Source of the DNA: a virus
Lineage: Duplodnaviria; Caudoviricetes
Direction: 5' to 3' (one strand)
IMG/VR virus record: IMGVR_UViG_3300022666_000111
Length of the DNA stretch: 64,000 bases
Positions 9,496 to 19,486 of the stretch are shown here, in pieces. Position 1 is the first letter of the stretch. Every line of letters starts with the position of its first letter. Under the pieces are notes generated by a model. That model was given only the letters and a program-made list of their open reading frames with translations, was not told where the DNA came from and ran no database searches. Made by a program: the position numbers and the translations under genes.

Positions 9496-9882
9496 GTGAA
9501 CAACAAGTCGCACTACCTCGAGAACAGCGTCATCAACCACTTCCTGCGGAATAGCAGCGTGACCTCTCCCACGACGGTCTACGCAGCCCTTTTCACCGTG
9601 ACGCCTACCAAGGGCACGGCGGGGACGGAAGTCACGGGTGGTGCTTACGCCCGGACGGCCGTCACCATTGGTGCTCCGACCAACGGCGCCGCCTCGAATA
9701 GTGCGCCTTGCACGTTCCCCACGGCGACGGCCTCATGGGGCGTCGTTACGGGCGTGGCGATCTTCGATGATCCCACGGCGGGCAACATGCTCTACTTCGG
9801 TGACCTCGCGTCGACCAAGACGGTGGACAATGGGGACACGGCTTCCTTCGGGACGGGCACCCTGACGGTCAACGAGACCTGA
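9496..9882 (+). CDS. Small beta-rich fibre-associated protein (gp80-like family), copy 1
   Basis: GGAGG RBS; YLEN..INH...Y.ALFT..P....EV.GG.YAR...F.TAT..WG motif. Confidence 0.75.
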   Translation: MNNKSHYLENSVINHFLRNSSVTSPTTVYAALFTVTPTKGTAGTEVTGGAYARTAVTIGAPTNGAASNSAPCTFPTATASWGVVTGVAIFDDPTAGNMLYFGDLASTKTVDNGDTASFGTGTLTVNET

Positions 9883-9894
9883 TAAGGGGGATCC

Positions 9895-10383
9895 ATGGCT
9901 GACATCGCACTCGAAGCAGCACTAGCAGGGGAAGGCGACGTTTCCGCGACGTCCAACGTCCTCTGGGCGCTTGCCACCGATTTCTCGGGTGAGTCAGATC
10001 TGTCGGCTACGGAAAGCACCCAGAAGCCCCTGGACGCGGCGCTGGCCGGTGAGAGCAGCCTGGCTGCCACGGCCAGCGCCCAACGTTCCTTGGCTGCGGC
10101 CCTTGCTGGAGACAGCGCAATCTATGATGACCTCCACGCCAACGTGCCAATCTCTGCTAGTGTGAGCGGCCAAAGTGACGTCCAGGCATCCTTGAATGTG
10201 GCTAGCGCCTTCAGGGTGACTTTCAGCGGCAATTCAAACCTACAGATGGGTGTTCCGTACGTTTCACACCCTGTCGTAGCCCCCGCCCCAGAGGTCACAT
10301 CCGTGCTTGGGGTTGGTATGCGGATCACACCACCCTCGCCCGTGTTGACGCACCCGAGCATTTCCCCTCGCCGTCAGACCTGA
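9895..10383 (+). CDS. Repeat-containing fibre/shaft protein
   Basis: About six ~20-aa repeats (LxAALAGES.L.AT type). Confidence 0.65.
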   Translation: MADIALEAALAGEGDVSATSNVLWALATDFSGESDLSATESTQKPLDAALAGESSLAATASAQRSLAAALAGDSAIYDDLHANVPISASVSGQSDVQASLNVASAFRVTFSGNSNLQMGVPYVSHPVVAPAPEVTSVLGVGMRITPPSPVLTHPSISPRRQT

Positions 10384-10422
10384 ATTTCTCCCTATGCGGT
10401 CTTCGAATTGAGGAGATCGCTC

Positions 10423-10815
10423 ATGCCCAACACCCGTCTCATCCAAGCCAATCAAGTCGTCCTTGATCAGGTTGACTTCCTCGCTGTGGACGGCTTCACG
10501 CGCATCACGGGATTGACCATTGCCGATCTCACATGCCTGGTGTTCTTCAACAATAGCGCGCAGCCTTGGCCCCTCACCTCCGGTAGCAGCGTCCTTGACA
10601 ATCAGGTTGCGAGCGGCCGGATCTACTTCCATGAGATCCCCGGGTCCCCCGGATTCTACAGCCTCCGCTTCCGGCCCAATGCTGTGGGGTTCTGGCGTGT
10701 GCTTGTGTCATACCCTGTAGGGACACAGACATCGGCTCAAGACTACGACGTTTCCGCTCAAACCCAGACCGACGCTGCCTCGGGCGTCAAAAGTTCATTT
10801 ACACGGCCCACCTGA
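10423..10815 (+). CDS. Putative Ig-like virion protein
   Basis: GAGGAG RBS; G.Y...F.P...G.W.V motif. Confidence 0.65.
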   Translation: MPNTRLIQANQVVLDQVDFLAVDGFTRITGLTIADLTCLVFFNNSAQPWPLTSGSSVLDNQVASGRIYFHEIPGSPGFYSLRFRPNAVGFWRVLVSYPVGTQTSAQDYDVSAQTQTDAASGVKSSFTRPT

Positions 10816-10827
10816 TAGGAGACCCCG

Positions 10828-11211
10828 ATGCCCAAGACCGTCTATCTCAACACCGTTCTTCTCAACCACGTCCTTCGGGGCGTTGCCTATTCATCTCCAT
10901 CCACAATCTACGTGGCTCTTTTCACGACCGCGCCAACACCGACCCTTCCTGGGATTGAAGTGTCCGGTGGCGCTTATGCGCGGCAGCCCGCGACCTTCAC
11001 GGACCCTGTGGCGGGCACGACCGCCAATTCGGCTGACGTTGTCTTCCCCACGGCGACAGCCCCTTGGGGAACCGTTGAGGCTTACGCCCTCATGGACGCA
11101 GCCTCTGGGGGCAACATGCTCTACTTCGCCTCCTTTGCGGCACCCAGGCTTATCGACGTCAATGACGACGCACGCTTCCCGGCAGGGCAGCTTACGGTGA
11201 CAGAGAGCTAA
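10828..11211 (+). CDS. Small beta-rich fibre-associated protein (gp80-like family), copy 2
   Basis: Clear paralogue of 9496-9882 (YVALFT, EVSGGAYAR, FPTATAPWG, GNMLYF). Confidence 0.75.
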   Translation: MPKTVYLNTVLLNHVLRGVAYSSPSTIYVALFTTAPTPTLPGIEVSGGAYARQPATFTDPVAGTTANSADVVFPTATAPWGTVEAYALMDAASGGNMLYFASFAAPRLIDVNDDARFPAGQLTVTES

Positions 11212-12017
11212 TGGCTGACGTCCTCCTCTCAGGAGACATCCTTGGCGAGGCCAACCTCCCGCCGCCCTCGTGGAGTATCCTTCACCGATTGGTAGGATCC
11301 GCGAACGGACTAGCCTCCCTGCCAAGCACCGCGTACATTGGGCATCGCTTGCAAGGAGCTATCTTGGGGAGCGCCGACGTAGAAGGGGCGGCACCGTATC
11401 GAAGCGTCATCGTCTCCGGGAACATTCATGGGGTGGGCACGCTATCCTTGCGAGAGACCAATCTCTCGGGTGCCATCATCGGTGTAGGGTCTACTACGGC
11501 AGTTCTGCACCGATCGCGTATGCTGCACGGGCATATTTCTGGGACGTCCCTTGTAACGTACGCGCAGCCAATGCCCATCATTTGTGGCTGCAACCTCTCT
11601 GCCTACCTTGAGGTTGTTCGCGTTCCGGCCCCTCTGAGCTGCAAGTCTTCGATCCGAACCTTGCGCCTTGGGCAGATGCTGCAACGAGGTGACTTAGGGA
11701 TCTGGATCACGCAGATCGGTAAAGGCGCGATCTCCCCCTACCGTGTGACCTACACGCTCTATCAAGGGCTCCCTGGGTGTGTTCCGAAGCTAATCGGTCC
11801 TTCTGATCGCTACCCAGCTCAAGGCGACATTGGTGAGTACTACGCCACGGGTATCGCTGGGGACGGGGGTCAGCCGGGCCGGTGGCGGATTGTTTGGCGC
11901 TACCAGCTTACTTATGGTGGTCCTGTACTTGAAGAGGCTATGTGCTTCATGATACAAGATGCAATCGCAGCCGGGTCGCCCCCGCCGACCTGTACACGGC
12001 AACGAGGATGGTTCTAA
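11211..12017 (+). CDS. Repeat-containing shaft protein with C-terminal Ig-like domain related to the neck protein N-terminus
   Basis: L.G.I.G repeats; C-terminal GEYYA...G.WRIVW matches GEYYA...GTYRVRW in 12579 protein. Confidence 0.65.
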   Translation: MADVLLSGDILGEANLPPPSWSILHRLVGSANGLASLPSTAYIGHRLQGAILGSADVEGAAPYRSVIVSGNIHGVGTLSLRETNLSGAIIGVGSTTAVLHRSRMLHGHISGTSLVTYAQPMPIICGCNLSAYLEVVRVPAPLSCKSSIRTLRLGQMLQRGDLGIWITQIGKGAISPYRVTYTLYQGLPGCVPKLIGPSDRYPAQGDIGEYYATGIAGDGGQPGRWRIVWRYQLTYGGPVLEEAMCFMIQDAIAAGSPPPTCTRQRGWF

Positions 12018-12355
12018 TGGACAGATCAGCAGTGGCAAAACGCGTTGTAGCACGTTACCTTTCGGCGGCGACCACGAATAAGGGCTTGAAGAACACGGAT
12101 TTCTACTCGGAGGAGTCCGCGTATGCCCTCAAAAACTTCGATCGATCCGACGTGAAGGAAGCCGCACCGACCCTCCTTGGCGTGCTGGACAATCTCAAGG
12201 CCAAGAAGCCTGTCGAGAAGAAAGATGTCCAACAAGCTAGCAAGCAGGTAGCCGACTTGATCGACTACCTTGCGCTTGATTCCGACAAGGACGGCAAGCG
12301 TAAAGCCTTGCGTATTCGAGACTTTCTCGGGGACGTCCTCCGAGAGCTGCGTTGA
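12017..12355 (+). CDS. Putative head-internal protein with VxxRY leader
   Basis: TAATG coupling; MDRSAVAKRVVARYLSA. Confidence 0.7.
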   Translation: MDRSAVAKRVVARYLSAATTNKGLKNTDFYSEESAYALKNFDRSDVKEAAPTLLGVLDNLKAKKPVEKKDVQQASKQVADLIDYLALDSDKDGKRKALRIRDFLGDVLRELR

Positions 12356-12365
12356 GGAGCCCACG

Positions 12366-12572
12366 ATGTCTGCACGTGATGAGATGGCCCGAAGGATTGT
12401 TGCAAGGTACCTGAATGCCTCGGAGGACTACGAGATCCGCTACCGCATCCCTGGTAAGGGCGGGTGGAAGACGAAGTCTTTCAAGGACGAGAAAGCCGCC
12501 CTCAAGTGGGTGAACAAGCAGCAAGAGGGTGACGCTCCTGACATCGAGGTCACCTGGCCGAGCAAGCAATGA
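12366..12572 (+). CDS. Small putative head-internal protein (leader plus AP2/Arm-like domain)
   Basis: GAGGAG RBS; MARRIVARYLNA leader; domain shared with 20088 protein. Confidence 0.7.
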   Translation: MSARDEMARRIVARYLNASEDYEIRYRIPGKGGWKTKSFKDEKAALKWVNKQQEGDAPDIEVTWPSKQ

Positions 12573-12578
12573 GGTAGC

Positions 12579-13472
12579 ATGGGTGGCGTAGCATTCTACA
12601 GAGGGCAGCAGCTTGGACGAGAGGACCTTAACGTCTTCCTCGACAACGCCAATGGTAACCCCACCAACGTCGCCGAGATCAGCTACGCTATCTACGACGT
12701 CACTACGGGGCTCGAGGCTCTTGTCGGCCCGCCACGGCGCACGCCTGCCAACCCGTCGGTCGGCGAGTACTACGCCAACATCGTGATCCCCCTTGACGCC
12801 AACCTCGGAACCTACCGCGTCCGGTGGACGTTCAGGGAGACGGTTAGCGGCCCAATCCAGTCAGCCGTCCAAGAATTTGCCATCCTCGATCGCGCCATCG
12901 AAACGCCTCAACCGTACTCCCCCGTCACGGTTGACTTGGCCCGGCGTCTTCGGATCCTTCTTCGCGACAACAAGCCTGACCGCAACTACCACTTCCGCCC
13001 GCCAACCCACGAGGAGACGATTCGGCAGTACAACCGTGTCTTCGGTTTCATCTGGGAAGACGAGGAGCTGGTCGAGTATCTTGACCGGGGGCTCGATATG
13101 GTCATCGCCGCGCCGCCAAGGACGCCATTCAGCAGCCTTGACCACCTCGTTCAATCCATGCCTGAATGGAAGACACTCGTCCTCACTGGGGCTATGATCC
13201 ACGCCCTCCAAGCGCTCCGCATCAATTGGGTCGCTGACGAATTTGACTACAGCATCGGTGGCGTGAGCCTTGCGATCGACAAGGCCAGCAAGTACGAATC
13301 CGCCGCCCAAATGGCCATCGATCAATTCGATAAGCAGCTTGATCGGGCTAAGCAAACGGTCAAGTTCACGAAGGGCCTTCAGCAGCCGCGCTACGGGACG
13401 GGCATCCGGAGCGCCTTCGGCCCCTTCACAGGCCGTGGGGTTTTGACACCTGCGAAATTCGTGTCATTCTGA
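12579..13472 (+). CDS. Head-tail connector (neck/adaptor) protein
   Basis: LRILLRD...W.DEEL..YL...FDYSIGGVSL.ID resembles head-tail adaptor architecture; synteny. Confidence 0.6.
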   Translation: MGGVAFYRGQQLGREDLNVFLDNANGNPTNVAEISYAIYDVTTGLEALVGPPRRTPANPSVGEYYANIVIPLDANLGTYRVRWTFRETVSGPIQSAVQEFAILDRAIETPQPYSPVTVDLARRLRILLRDNKPDRNYHFRPPTHEETIRQYNRVFGFIWEDEELVEYLDRGLDMVIAAPPRTPFSSLDHLVQSMPEWKTLVLTGAMIHALQALRINWVADEFDYSIGGVSLAIDKASKYESAAQMAIDQFDKQLDRAKQTVKFTKGLQQPRYGTGIRSAFGPFTGRGVLTPAKFVSF

Positions 13473-13493
13473 CCATTTGGCGGGTGTGACGTC

Positions 13494-13521
13494 TTGACTC
13501 CAGGGTAAACATGGTTAGACT
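13494..13521 (+). promoter_or_regulatory. Sigma70-type promoter, probably leaderless
   Basis: TTGACT-N16-TAGACT, 6 nt before ATG 13528, no RBS. Confidence 0.6.
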
Positions 13522-13527
13522 ACGTGC

Positions 13528-14898
13528 ATGCCCGTCACCTGCCCCCACTGTAACCGGCACTTCCCCAATTCCGACACGATCAACTCCCGGCACAAGGCAA
13601 TCTGTCCTGGCTGGCAGACCAGCGAGAAGCCCCGTCCTTGCCTGTGTGGGCACGAAGCCACGAGCCTGACGCAGATGAAGCGTCACCGGCAGCAATGCCC
13701 TACATGGAAGGCCCGGCACCGGGGCACGGTGCAGATGGAGCGCCTGGCGGAGACCCTTCAGACCAGACATGGTGAAGGGGTCACACATCCCACAGGCATT
13801 CCCGAGGCCGAGACCAGGCGCAAGGCGACCTTGAAGGCTCGCTACGGAGCCACCAACGTGTTCAGCAGGGACTCCAGCATCTTCGACAAGGTGCAGGCGT
13901 CCCTTGAGGGCAAGCGTCCCATCCTGCGGGGTTCCGACAACCCCTTTGCGGACCCTGTCGTGCAGGCCAAGATCCGGCGGGTCAACCTGGAACGTCGTGG
14001 GGTCGAGAACCCCCAACAGAGTCCCGAGGTCCGTGCTAGGACCAAGGCGACCAATCTTGAACGTCATGGGGTCGAGGAAGTCCTGGCCTCACCAGTCATC
14101 AGGGACCGTATTGCGGAGACCAACCAGGAGCGGTACGGAGGGCCAGCCTCGGCGTGCAACCCGGACGTGGTCGAGAAGGCGCGGCAGACGAACCTTAAGA
14201 AGTGGGGCGTCGAATGGACGTCACAGCATCCTGACGTTCGGCAGCGCCAGATCGAGACGGAGTTCGAGCACTATGGGACGTGGTTTCTTGCCTCGGCTGA
14301 AGGCAAAGAAACCGTCAGACGATTACTGCTTGAGAGATATGGCGTTGAGCACCCCCTTCAAAGTACCATGATCTACCAGAAGCTTATTGAAACGTCTATT
14401 GCCCGTTATGGCTTTGATCATGCCATGAAGCATCCAGATGTAGCTCGGCGGGCTCTTGAAGCTGCTGCTCGCCCTGGTCCCAACCGTTTTGAACAGGCGT
14501 TTGCCAAGCTGTTCCCACAGCTTCTGTACACAGGCAACGGCACCTTCTGGCGATGGCTCCCCGCCCTCGGGCACCACAAGAACCCGGACTTCATCCTACC
14601 TGGTCCTGACTCGAGACAGCCGAAGAAGGGCGTCACGAAGGTGGTTGAGTTGTTCGGGGACTATTGGCACAGCAGGATGTTCACGGGCAAGGCCAACTTT
14701 GCTCACGAGTCCGACCTTGTGTCCGCTTGGAAGGGTGTAGGTGTCTCGTGTCTTATTGTGTGGGAGTCAACCTACAGGAAGGATCCAGAGGCGACCCGAT
14801 CATGCGTTGAAGCATTTCTTTCTATACCATCTGCACAGGTGCACCCTCTAGCGGGAGATACAGATGAGAACCACATTGGAGATCAGCATCAAGGTTGA
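13528..14898 (+). mobile_element. Free-standing homing-endonuclease-like gene (Zn finger, RYG repeats, C-terminal PD-(D/E)XK/Vsr-like domain)
   Basis: Repeated T.L.RYG...P motifs; PDFIL...VVELFGDYWH...LIVWE; own promoter. Confidence 0.7.
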
Positions 14899-15148
14899 AG
14901 TCGAAGACGGCAAAGTCACCGCACCCGCGAGGGTCCTTGTCAACGGTGAGCCGGTTGGCTTCATCTCCCGCCTTCGCGTTGACGCGCGCTCGGAGGAGGT
15001 CCTCCCGGCCATCGAGGTCGACATGCTCAAGGGCATCCAACTTGATAACCTCAGTGCTGATTCAAGGGCAAGGGCGCAACACGACTTTGATCTCCTGAAG
15101 CAGGTCCCTGGCGTCGTCGCCCGTATGCCCGCCCCACGAAATAGTTGA
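14864..15148 (+). CDS. Hypothetical protein
   Basis: GGGAG RBS; preceded by T-rich late-type motif. Confidence 0.65.
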   Translation: MRTTLEISIKVEVEDGKVTAPARVLVNGEPVGFISRLRVDARSEEVLPAIEVDMLKGIQLDNLSADSRARAQHDFDLLKQVPGVVARMPAPRNS

Positions 15149-15173
15149 TCCTCACGCCCTCGTGGCATATCCC

Positions 15174-15201
15174 TGTCAGACAACGCAACCCTTGTGCGTC
15201 A
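15174..15201 (+). promoter_or_regulatory. ECF-sigma-type promoter (ECF41-like)
   Basis: TGTCAGA-N16-CGTCA; same motif and spacing at 30238-30265. Confidence 0.6.
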
Positions 15202-15211
15202 GGCAGGTATC

Positions 15212-15745
15212 ATGAAGATCAAGATCAACGATTTCGTAACCCGTCAAACCGAAACCTCTCCCTACGCTCACTTCACCGGAACGTGGGAGGAGCTTGAGGC
15301 CCTCGTCACCAAGCACTTCGACAAGGCCCACCAAGGCTACCGTCCCGGCGTTCTTTTGGTCCCTGTGCCCGCAGACGGCTTCTTCTCAACGACCATTGAC
15401 GTTACCCCCGAGACCCGCCTCGAGGCCAGCTTCGTGGCACGTCGGCCCGATGAAGCCCCCTACGTCAAGGTCGTGGCAGACGGCAAAAAGCAGGCGGCCT
15501 TGTACGTGGACATCGTGCTCTATCACAAGGACGTCCTGGCGGAGGGCAATGAGGCTACGACCGATGCCGACTACGAGATCGTCAGCATCAATGCCCGCGT
15601 GACGGAGGCGCCCGAGCCGATGCACCCGCTCACCATGGCTCGCAACATGCTCGTCCTCAAGGGGGGTACGGCCGCCTCCTACACGGCCCAAGAATTCGCA
15701 GAGGCCATTGTGTACTGGTCGTCCCGGTGTATGGTTAAGGGGTGA
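15212..15745 (+). CDS. DUF3228-family protein
   Basis: GY.PG...VP, ARR..E.P, DIVLY, EIVSINA, EPM.P.TM.RN.L..GG motifs. Confidence 0.75.
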   Translation: MKIKINDFVTRQTETSPYAHFTGTWEELEALVTKHFDKAHQGYRPGVLLVPVPADGFFSTTIDVTPETRLEASFVARRPDEAPYVKVVADGKKQAALYVDIVLYHKDVLAEGNEATTDADYEIVSINARVTEAPEPMHPLTMARNMLVLKGGTAASYTAQEFAEAIVYWSSRCMVKG

Positions 15746-16044
15746 TACCCTTCACGACAGACCGTCCCTTGGGGCACGCATCCTTTCTCGAGTACTTCCG
15801 CGCGGTTCGCGAAGCCACACAGGCCGCTGACACCAGGGGAACACATGTAGCCCAGATGGCGATCCGGAGGGGGCGCCTCTTGGTTACATTTGGGGATGGT
15901 TCATCCATTGAATACCTCGTCCGGCCTTGTGAATGTTGTGGCATCGGGAGGCGTCTTACGTGCCCAGACTGCCCTGATTCCGGTGTAGATAAGGGTGATG
16001 AGAACCCAACGACCCTCGACGAAACCGGAGCAGGAGGCGCCTAG
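15742..16044 (+). CDS. Hypothetical protein with CxxC pairs
   Basis: GTG start overlapping the upstream gene end; CECC...CPDC. Confidence 0.5.
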   Translation: MIPFTTDRPLGHASFLEYFRAVREATQAADTRGTHVAQMAIRRGRLLVTFGDGSSIEYLVRPCECCGIGRRLTCPDCPDSGVDKGDENPTTLDETGAGGA

Positions 16045-16192
16045 CGTCCCGCCTAGCGTCCCGCCTGGCGTGGCCGAGGTCAGCCATGACCAAGAGGCAC
16101 AGGCTATGGTGGAACATGCGGGTCTTGACTATGATGAGTTCATGCGCTTCCTTCGAGTCATGGCACGCGCACGGTCTGCCAAGAAGCAGTGA
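15998..16192 (+). CDS. Small hypothetical protein
   Basis: ATG 9 nt after CGGTGTAG (15981-15988). Confidence 0.5.
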   Translation: MRTQRPSTKPEQEAPSVPPSVPPGVAEVSHDQEAQAMVEHAGLDYDEFMRFLRVMARARSAKKQ

Positions 16193-16251
16193 TGGTTTCT
16201 TTTATAGCCCGGATGTAGGCACGGAGAACGTAACCTTCGGAGCCTACCCCC

Positions 16252-17196
16252 ATGCGTGATACCATCGCCAAGAATGTCCTTCGTCGCTATCTGGCGGCCC
16301 ATCGCCCCATCGAAGCAGCCGACTCTCGCTACACCCCTCCAAAGGGGATCGTTCAAGGTGTCGACTCCGGCGAGTTGCCTGTTGAATGCCTGAACATCTG
16401 GAAGTACGTCGTTGAATACGAGGGAGAGCGATTCGACCCCAAGAACGGTAAGTCTTGGGCAGCGACCGTCCAGCATTGGCGAAACAAGTGCGCCAAGATG
16501 AACATCACCTTGCCTCCGAAGTACATTGAAGCTCTTGGTGGTGAGGGCGGCGCAGGCAAGTGGGCGGCGAAGACCGGCGAGCAGATCGAGGATTGGGTCA
16601 AGGAGACTCTCAAGAGCAAGCAGCTCCTCGACCAGGTCGGCCGATCGACGTACGATTGGAAGCTCTGGATTGCCCACTACGAGAAGAAGGTCGCCGAAGC
16701 CCAGGAGCTGATCGACAAGCACATCAAGGGACTTGCTGAAGCCAAGAGCGAAAAGGGCGTCGCTCAACGGCAGAAGTGGCTTGAAGGCGCCCGCCGCGAC
16801 TTCAATACCCACATTGACCAGCTCGAGAAGGCCCGCAAGAGCCTCGGTGAACTAGATGTCCAGGTTCGCCGCTACAACGAGAGCAAGGTCCCGACGATCG
16901 AATTCGAGAAGGAGTTCCAATTCATGCTCCTCCTCGCCCTCAAGGAATTCGACAAGAAGCAGGTGTTGGAAGCTGTCCAGGCTGCCATCAACCGCGTTGA
17001 AGAGGGCGTTCCCCTTCCCGAGGGTTACTTCAACCCCGAGGGCCTCTCTGGCTACAAGCAAGCGGGCCTCATGGACACCCTCACCAAGGCGTGGGACTAC
17101 CTCGCCGATCGGTTCAACCAATTCATCGACTGGGTCAAGGGCCTCGTTGGTTTGACCAACCGGATCGAGAAGATGATGAACGAAGCAGGCGCGTAA
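16252..17196 (+). CDS. Putative head-internal coiled-coil protein with VxxRY leader
   Basis: GGAG RBS; IAKNVLRRYLAA leader; YKQAG near C-terminus. Confidence 0.75.
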   Translation: MRDTIAKNVLRRYLAAHRPIEAADSRYTPPKGIVQGVDSGELPVECLNIWKYVVEYEGERFDPKNGKSWAATVQHWRNKCAKMNITLPPKYIEALGGEGGAGKWAAKTGEQIEDWVKETLKSKQLLDQVGRSTYDWKLWIAHYEKKVAEAQELIDKHIKGLAEAKSEKGVAQRQKWLEGARRDFNTHIDQLEKARKSLGELDVQVRRYNESKVPTIEFEKEFQFMLLLALKEFDKKQVLEAVQAAINRVEEGVPLPEGYFNPEGLSGYKQAGLMDTLTKAWDYLADRFNQFIDWVKGLVGLTNRIEKMMNEAGA

Positions 17197-17208
17197 GGCA
17201 CGCGTCGG

Positions 17209-17538
17209 ATGGAGATGAAGATGAGCGATCAGAATCAGAACCCCGCCCCCAAGACACCTCGGCTGTCCCCGGATGCCCCCGTGGACGCCGAGACTCTTGC
17301 CAAGTTCGAGACTCTCACCAATAGCCGTCTGGCTCTCGGTGATGAGCTTCTTGACCTTGAGATCCGCAAGGTCCGCCTTCTAGCAGCGGCCCAACGTATC
17401 GACAATGAGAAGAGCCGCCTCTGGGAGATCGTGTGCATGGAGCGAGGGTTGCCCCTTACCGGCGCCTGGGAGATCGATCCTCAGACCGGAGTCATCGAGG
17501 ACGTCCGGAAGAAGGCGCCCCCACCTCCCACCACCTAA
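17209..17538 (+). CDS. Small coiled-coil hypothetical protein
   Basis: ORF in operon; start 17209-17221. Confidence 0.65.
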   Translation: MEMKMSDQNQNPAPKTPRLSPDAPVDAETLAKFETLTNSRLALGDELLDLEIRKVRLLAAAQRIDNEKSRLWEIVCMERGLPLTGAWEIDPQTGVIEDVRKKAPPPPTT

Positions 17539-17571
17539 TCCTCCTTTCGTGGGGACCCTGTAGGAGTCCCC

Positions 17572-18909
17572 ATGCCCTACGCCTCACAGCGAGATCGCGA
17601 AGTACACCCTTTGGAGATGTCCGGGGCGGATTGGCCTGCGGCGCCCCTCAACGCCTTCCTCTTGACGGGAGGGAGCCCGGGGGTCTATGACATTTGGTGG
17701 GATGACCCCGCTCAGCTCGTCCACAACGCCAAGTTCGCCCTCGTAGGTGTCAACGTCTACCGAAGTTTCGATTCGGAGTACGGCCCGTATGACCTGATCA
17801 CGTCGATTCCGCTGGGGTCAAACTTCTGGCGTGACCAGACGGACAATGTCCTTGTTCCGGATGAGGACGTTTCCGCATCCTTCACGCTGCGTGGGGACGC
17901 ATCAACGGGCCAAGACCGTGCTCGATATGTTTTCCAGGTCCAGCACTTCCCCATTGTTAAGGCGGGATCGCAGAGCATTCCGGCCAATGACCCACGAGAT
18001 GTGCAGGTCTTTGTGGACGGCGTCCCCGCAAGGGTCAAGTACATCTACGGAACCGCAGGAGAGGTTGAGCTTGATCCGAAGAGCTACCCCGACGTGGTGA
18101 CCCAGAAGCTCATTGACCCCGTGCTACCAAAGCCCGGGAGTGTCGTGACTTGCACCTACCGCTACACTCGCAGCTTTCTGAAGACCGACCTCGTTCAACG
18201 GGTCTTCTATCGCGTGACCTCGGTAGGGTCCGCCGCCCAAGGCGCCCCCCTCACGGAGACCCCTCTTGAGAATGCTGCGGTGGTCAGCTCGTATGCGGTC
18301 GAAAAGCTTGACTACATCTGGCGAGAGGCTATCCGGCGCAACCGCTGGATCCTTGACCAAGGGGGCGAGCGTGTCAGGGTCTTCCTTCGCAAGAACGTTG
18401 GGCCACGGTGCCCTTGTGTCGCGCCAACCGAGCACACCCGACAACCAGTCAGCGACTGCACCGTGTGTTATGGGACGGGCATCGTGGGCGGCTACGAAGG
18501 CCCCTACGACCTCCTTGTGGCTCCTGATGATGCCGAGAAACGCATCACGCAGAAGGATACCGGCCGGACGGTTGAGCACAGCTATGAGGTCTGGACCGGT
18601 CCGGCCCCGTTGCTATCCCATCGAGACTTCATCGTGAAGGCTAATGGTGAACGTTACTCGATTGGTGCCGTGCGTGTCCCAAGCAATCGCGGCATGGTGT
18701 TGCAGCAACACTTCAATATCGGACACTTCGATGAGAAGGACATCCGTTACAGGGTGCCCCTCATCGATCCTACGCAACACGCCATCAACCAGGTCCAGAA
18801 GATCGGGCCTGAACGCCCCGAGGGTACCGCACCCACGGATAAGCCAAACATCCCCGAGGAGCGCCAGCTTCGGGGGCTAACCGGAACGTGGGAGAACATC
18901 GAGTACTAA
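17572..18909 (+). CDS. Neck / head-closure protein (FN3-like, sheath-like insert, Zn finger)
   Basis: AGGAG RBS; GE.V..F.RK..G..CPC...C..CYGTG..GGY..P motif typical of large-myophage head-closure proteins. Confidence 0.6.
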   Translation: MPYASQRDREVHPLEMSGADWPAAPLNAFLLTGGSPGVYDIWWDDPAQLVHNAKFALVGVNVYRSFDSEYGPYDLITSIPLGSNFWRDQTDNVLVPDEDVSASFTLRGDASTGQDRARYVFQVQHFPIVKAGSQSIPANDPRDVQVFVDGVPARVKYIYGTAGEVELDPKSYPDVVTQKLIDPVLPKPGSVVTCTYRYTRSFLKTDLVQRVFYRVTSVGSAAQGAPLTETPLENAAVVSSYAVEKLDYIWREAIRRNRWILDQGGERVRVFLRKNVGPRCPCVAPTEHTRQPVSDCTVCYGTGIVGGYEGPYDLLVAPDDAEKRITQKDTGRTVEHSYEVWTGPAPLLSHRDFIVKANGERYSIGAVRVPSNRGMVLQQHFNIGHFDEKDIRYRVPLIDPTQHAINQVQKIGPERPEGTAPTDKPNIPEERQLRGLTGTWENIEY

Positions 18910-18910
18910 G

Positions 18911-19486
18911 ATGCCAGGACACGTCAAACCTCTGAGCGGGCGCCCCCTTGTAGGGTCCAAGTCTAAGCAAGGGCTGCAATTCAAGATCATGGCTTTCTAC
19001 GGAAAGCCTCTGATCGACGAGAAGCGTGTACATCTCGTCGACCCTACGACCCTCACGGCGGATATTCAACAGGCCATGCAGATGCTCAACCGGAGCATCA
19101 TGCGAAGGCTACGCGCCGCGCTTCAGACCACGGACTATTCACCAAGTGCCAAGCGTATGCTGGCGTCGGCGGTACGAATCGAAATCAAGCAGAGCAGCCT
19201 GGCTGTAACGGTGAACCACCCAGCCTTCAAGCCTCTCATCATGGGGCAGAAGAGCCAACAGATGACCTGGCTAACGAAGGCGCGGGCGCCCATCCCGATT
19301 GTCACGGATGACGGGCAGTTGATCTTTCGAAGCGCAACCGCTAAGTCTATGGCAAACGGCAAGTGGGTGCATCCCGGCCGCCCTTCAACGGGCATCATTG
19401 AGAAGGTCCGGGAGGAGGCGCGTGAGGCCGTCAAGAAGCGCATCGCGGCGGACATACGCAAGCGACTGAGAGAGGCATCAAGATGA
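18911..19486 (+). CDS. Basic tail-completion/neck-associated protein (gp10-like)
   Basis: Very basic; W.HPG motif; position after the neck gene. Confidence 0.5.
   Translation: MPGHVKPLSGRPLVGSKSKQGLQFKIMAFYGKPLIDEKRVHLVDPTTLTADIQQAMQMLNRSIMRRLRAALQTTDYSPSAKRMLASAVRIEIKQSSLAVTVNHPAFKPLIMGQKSQQMTWLTKARAPIPIVTDDGQLIFRSATAKSMANGKWVHPGRPSTGIIEKVREEAREAVKKRIAADIRKRLREASR

Noticed and set aside
16039-16071. 12-bp tandem repeat GCCTAGCGTCCC (about 2.7 copies)
   Set aside because: Simple coding duplication giving PSVP repeats; no sign of further function
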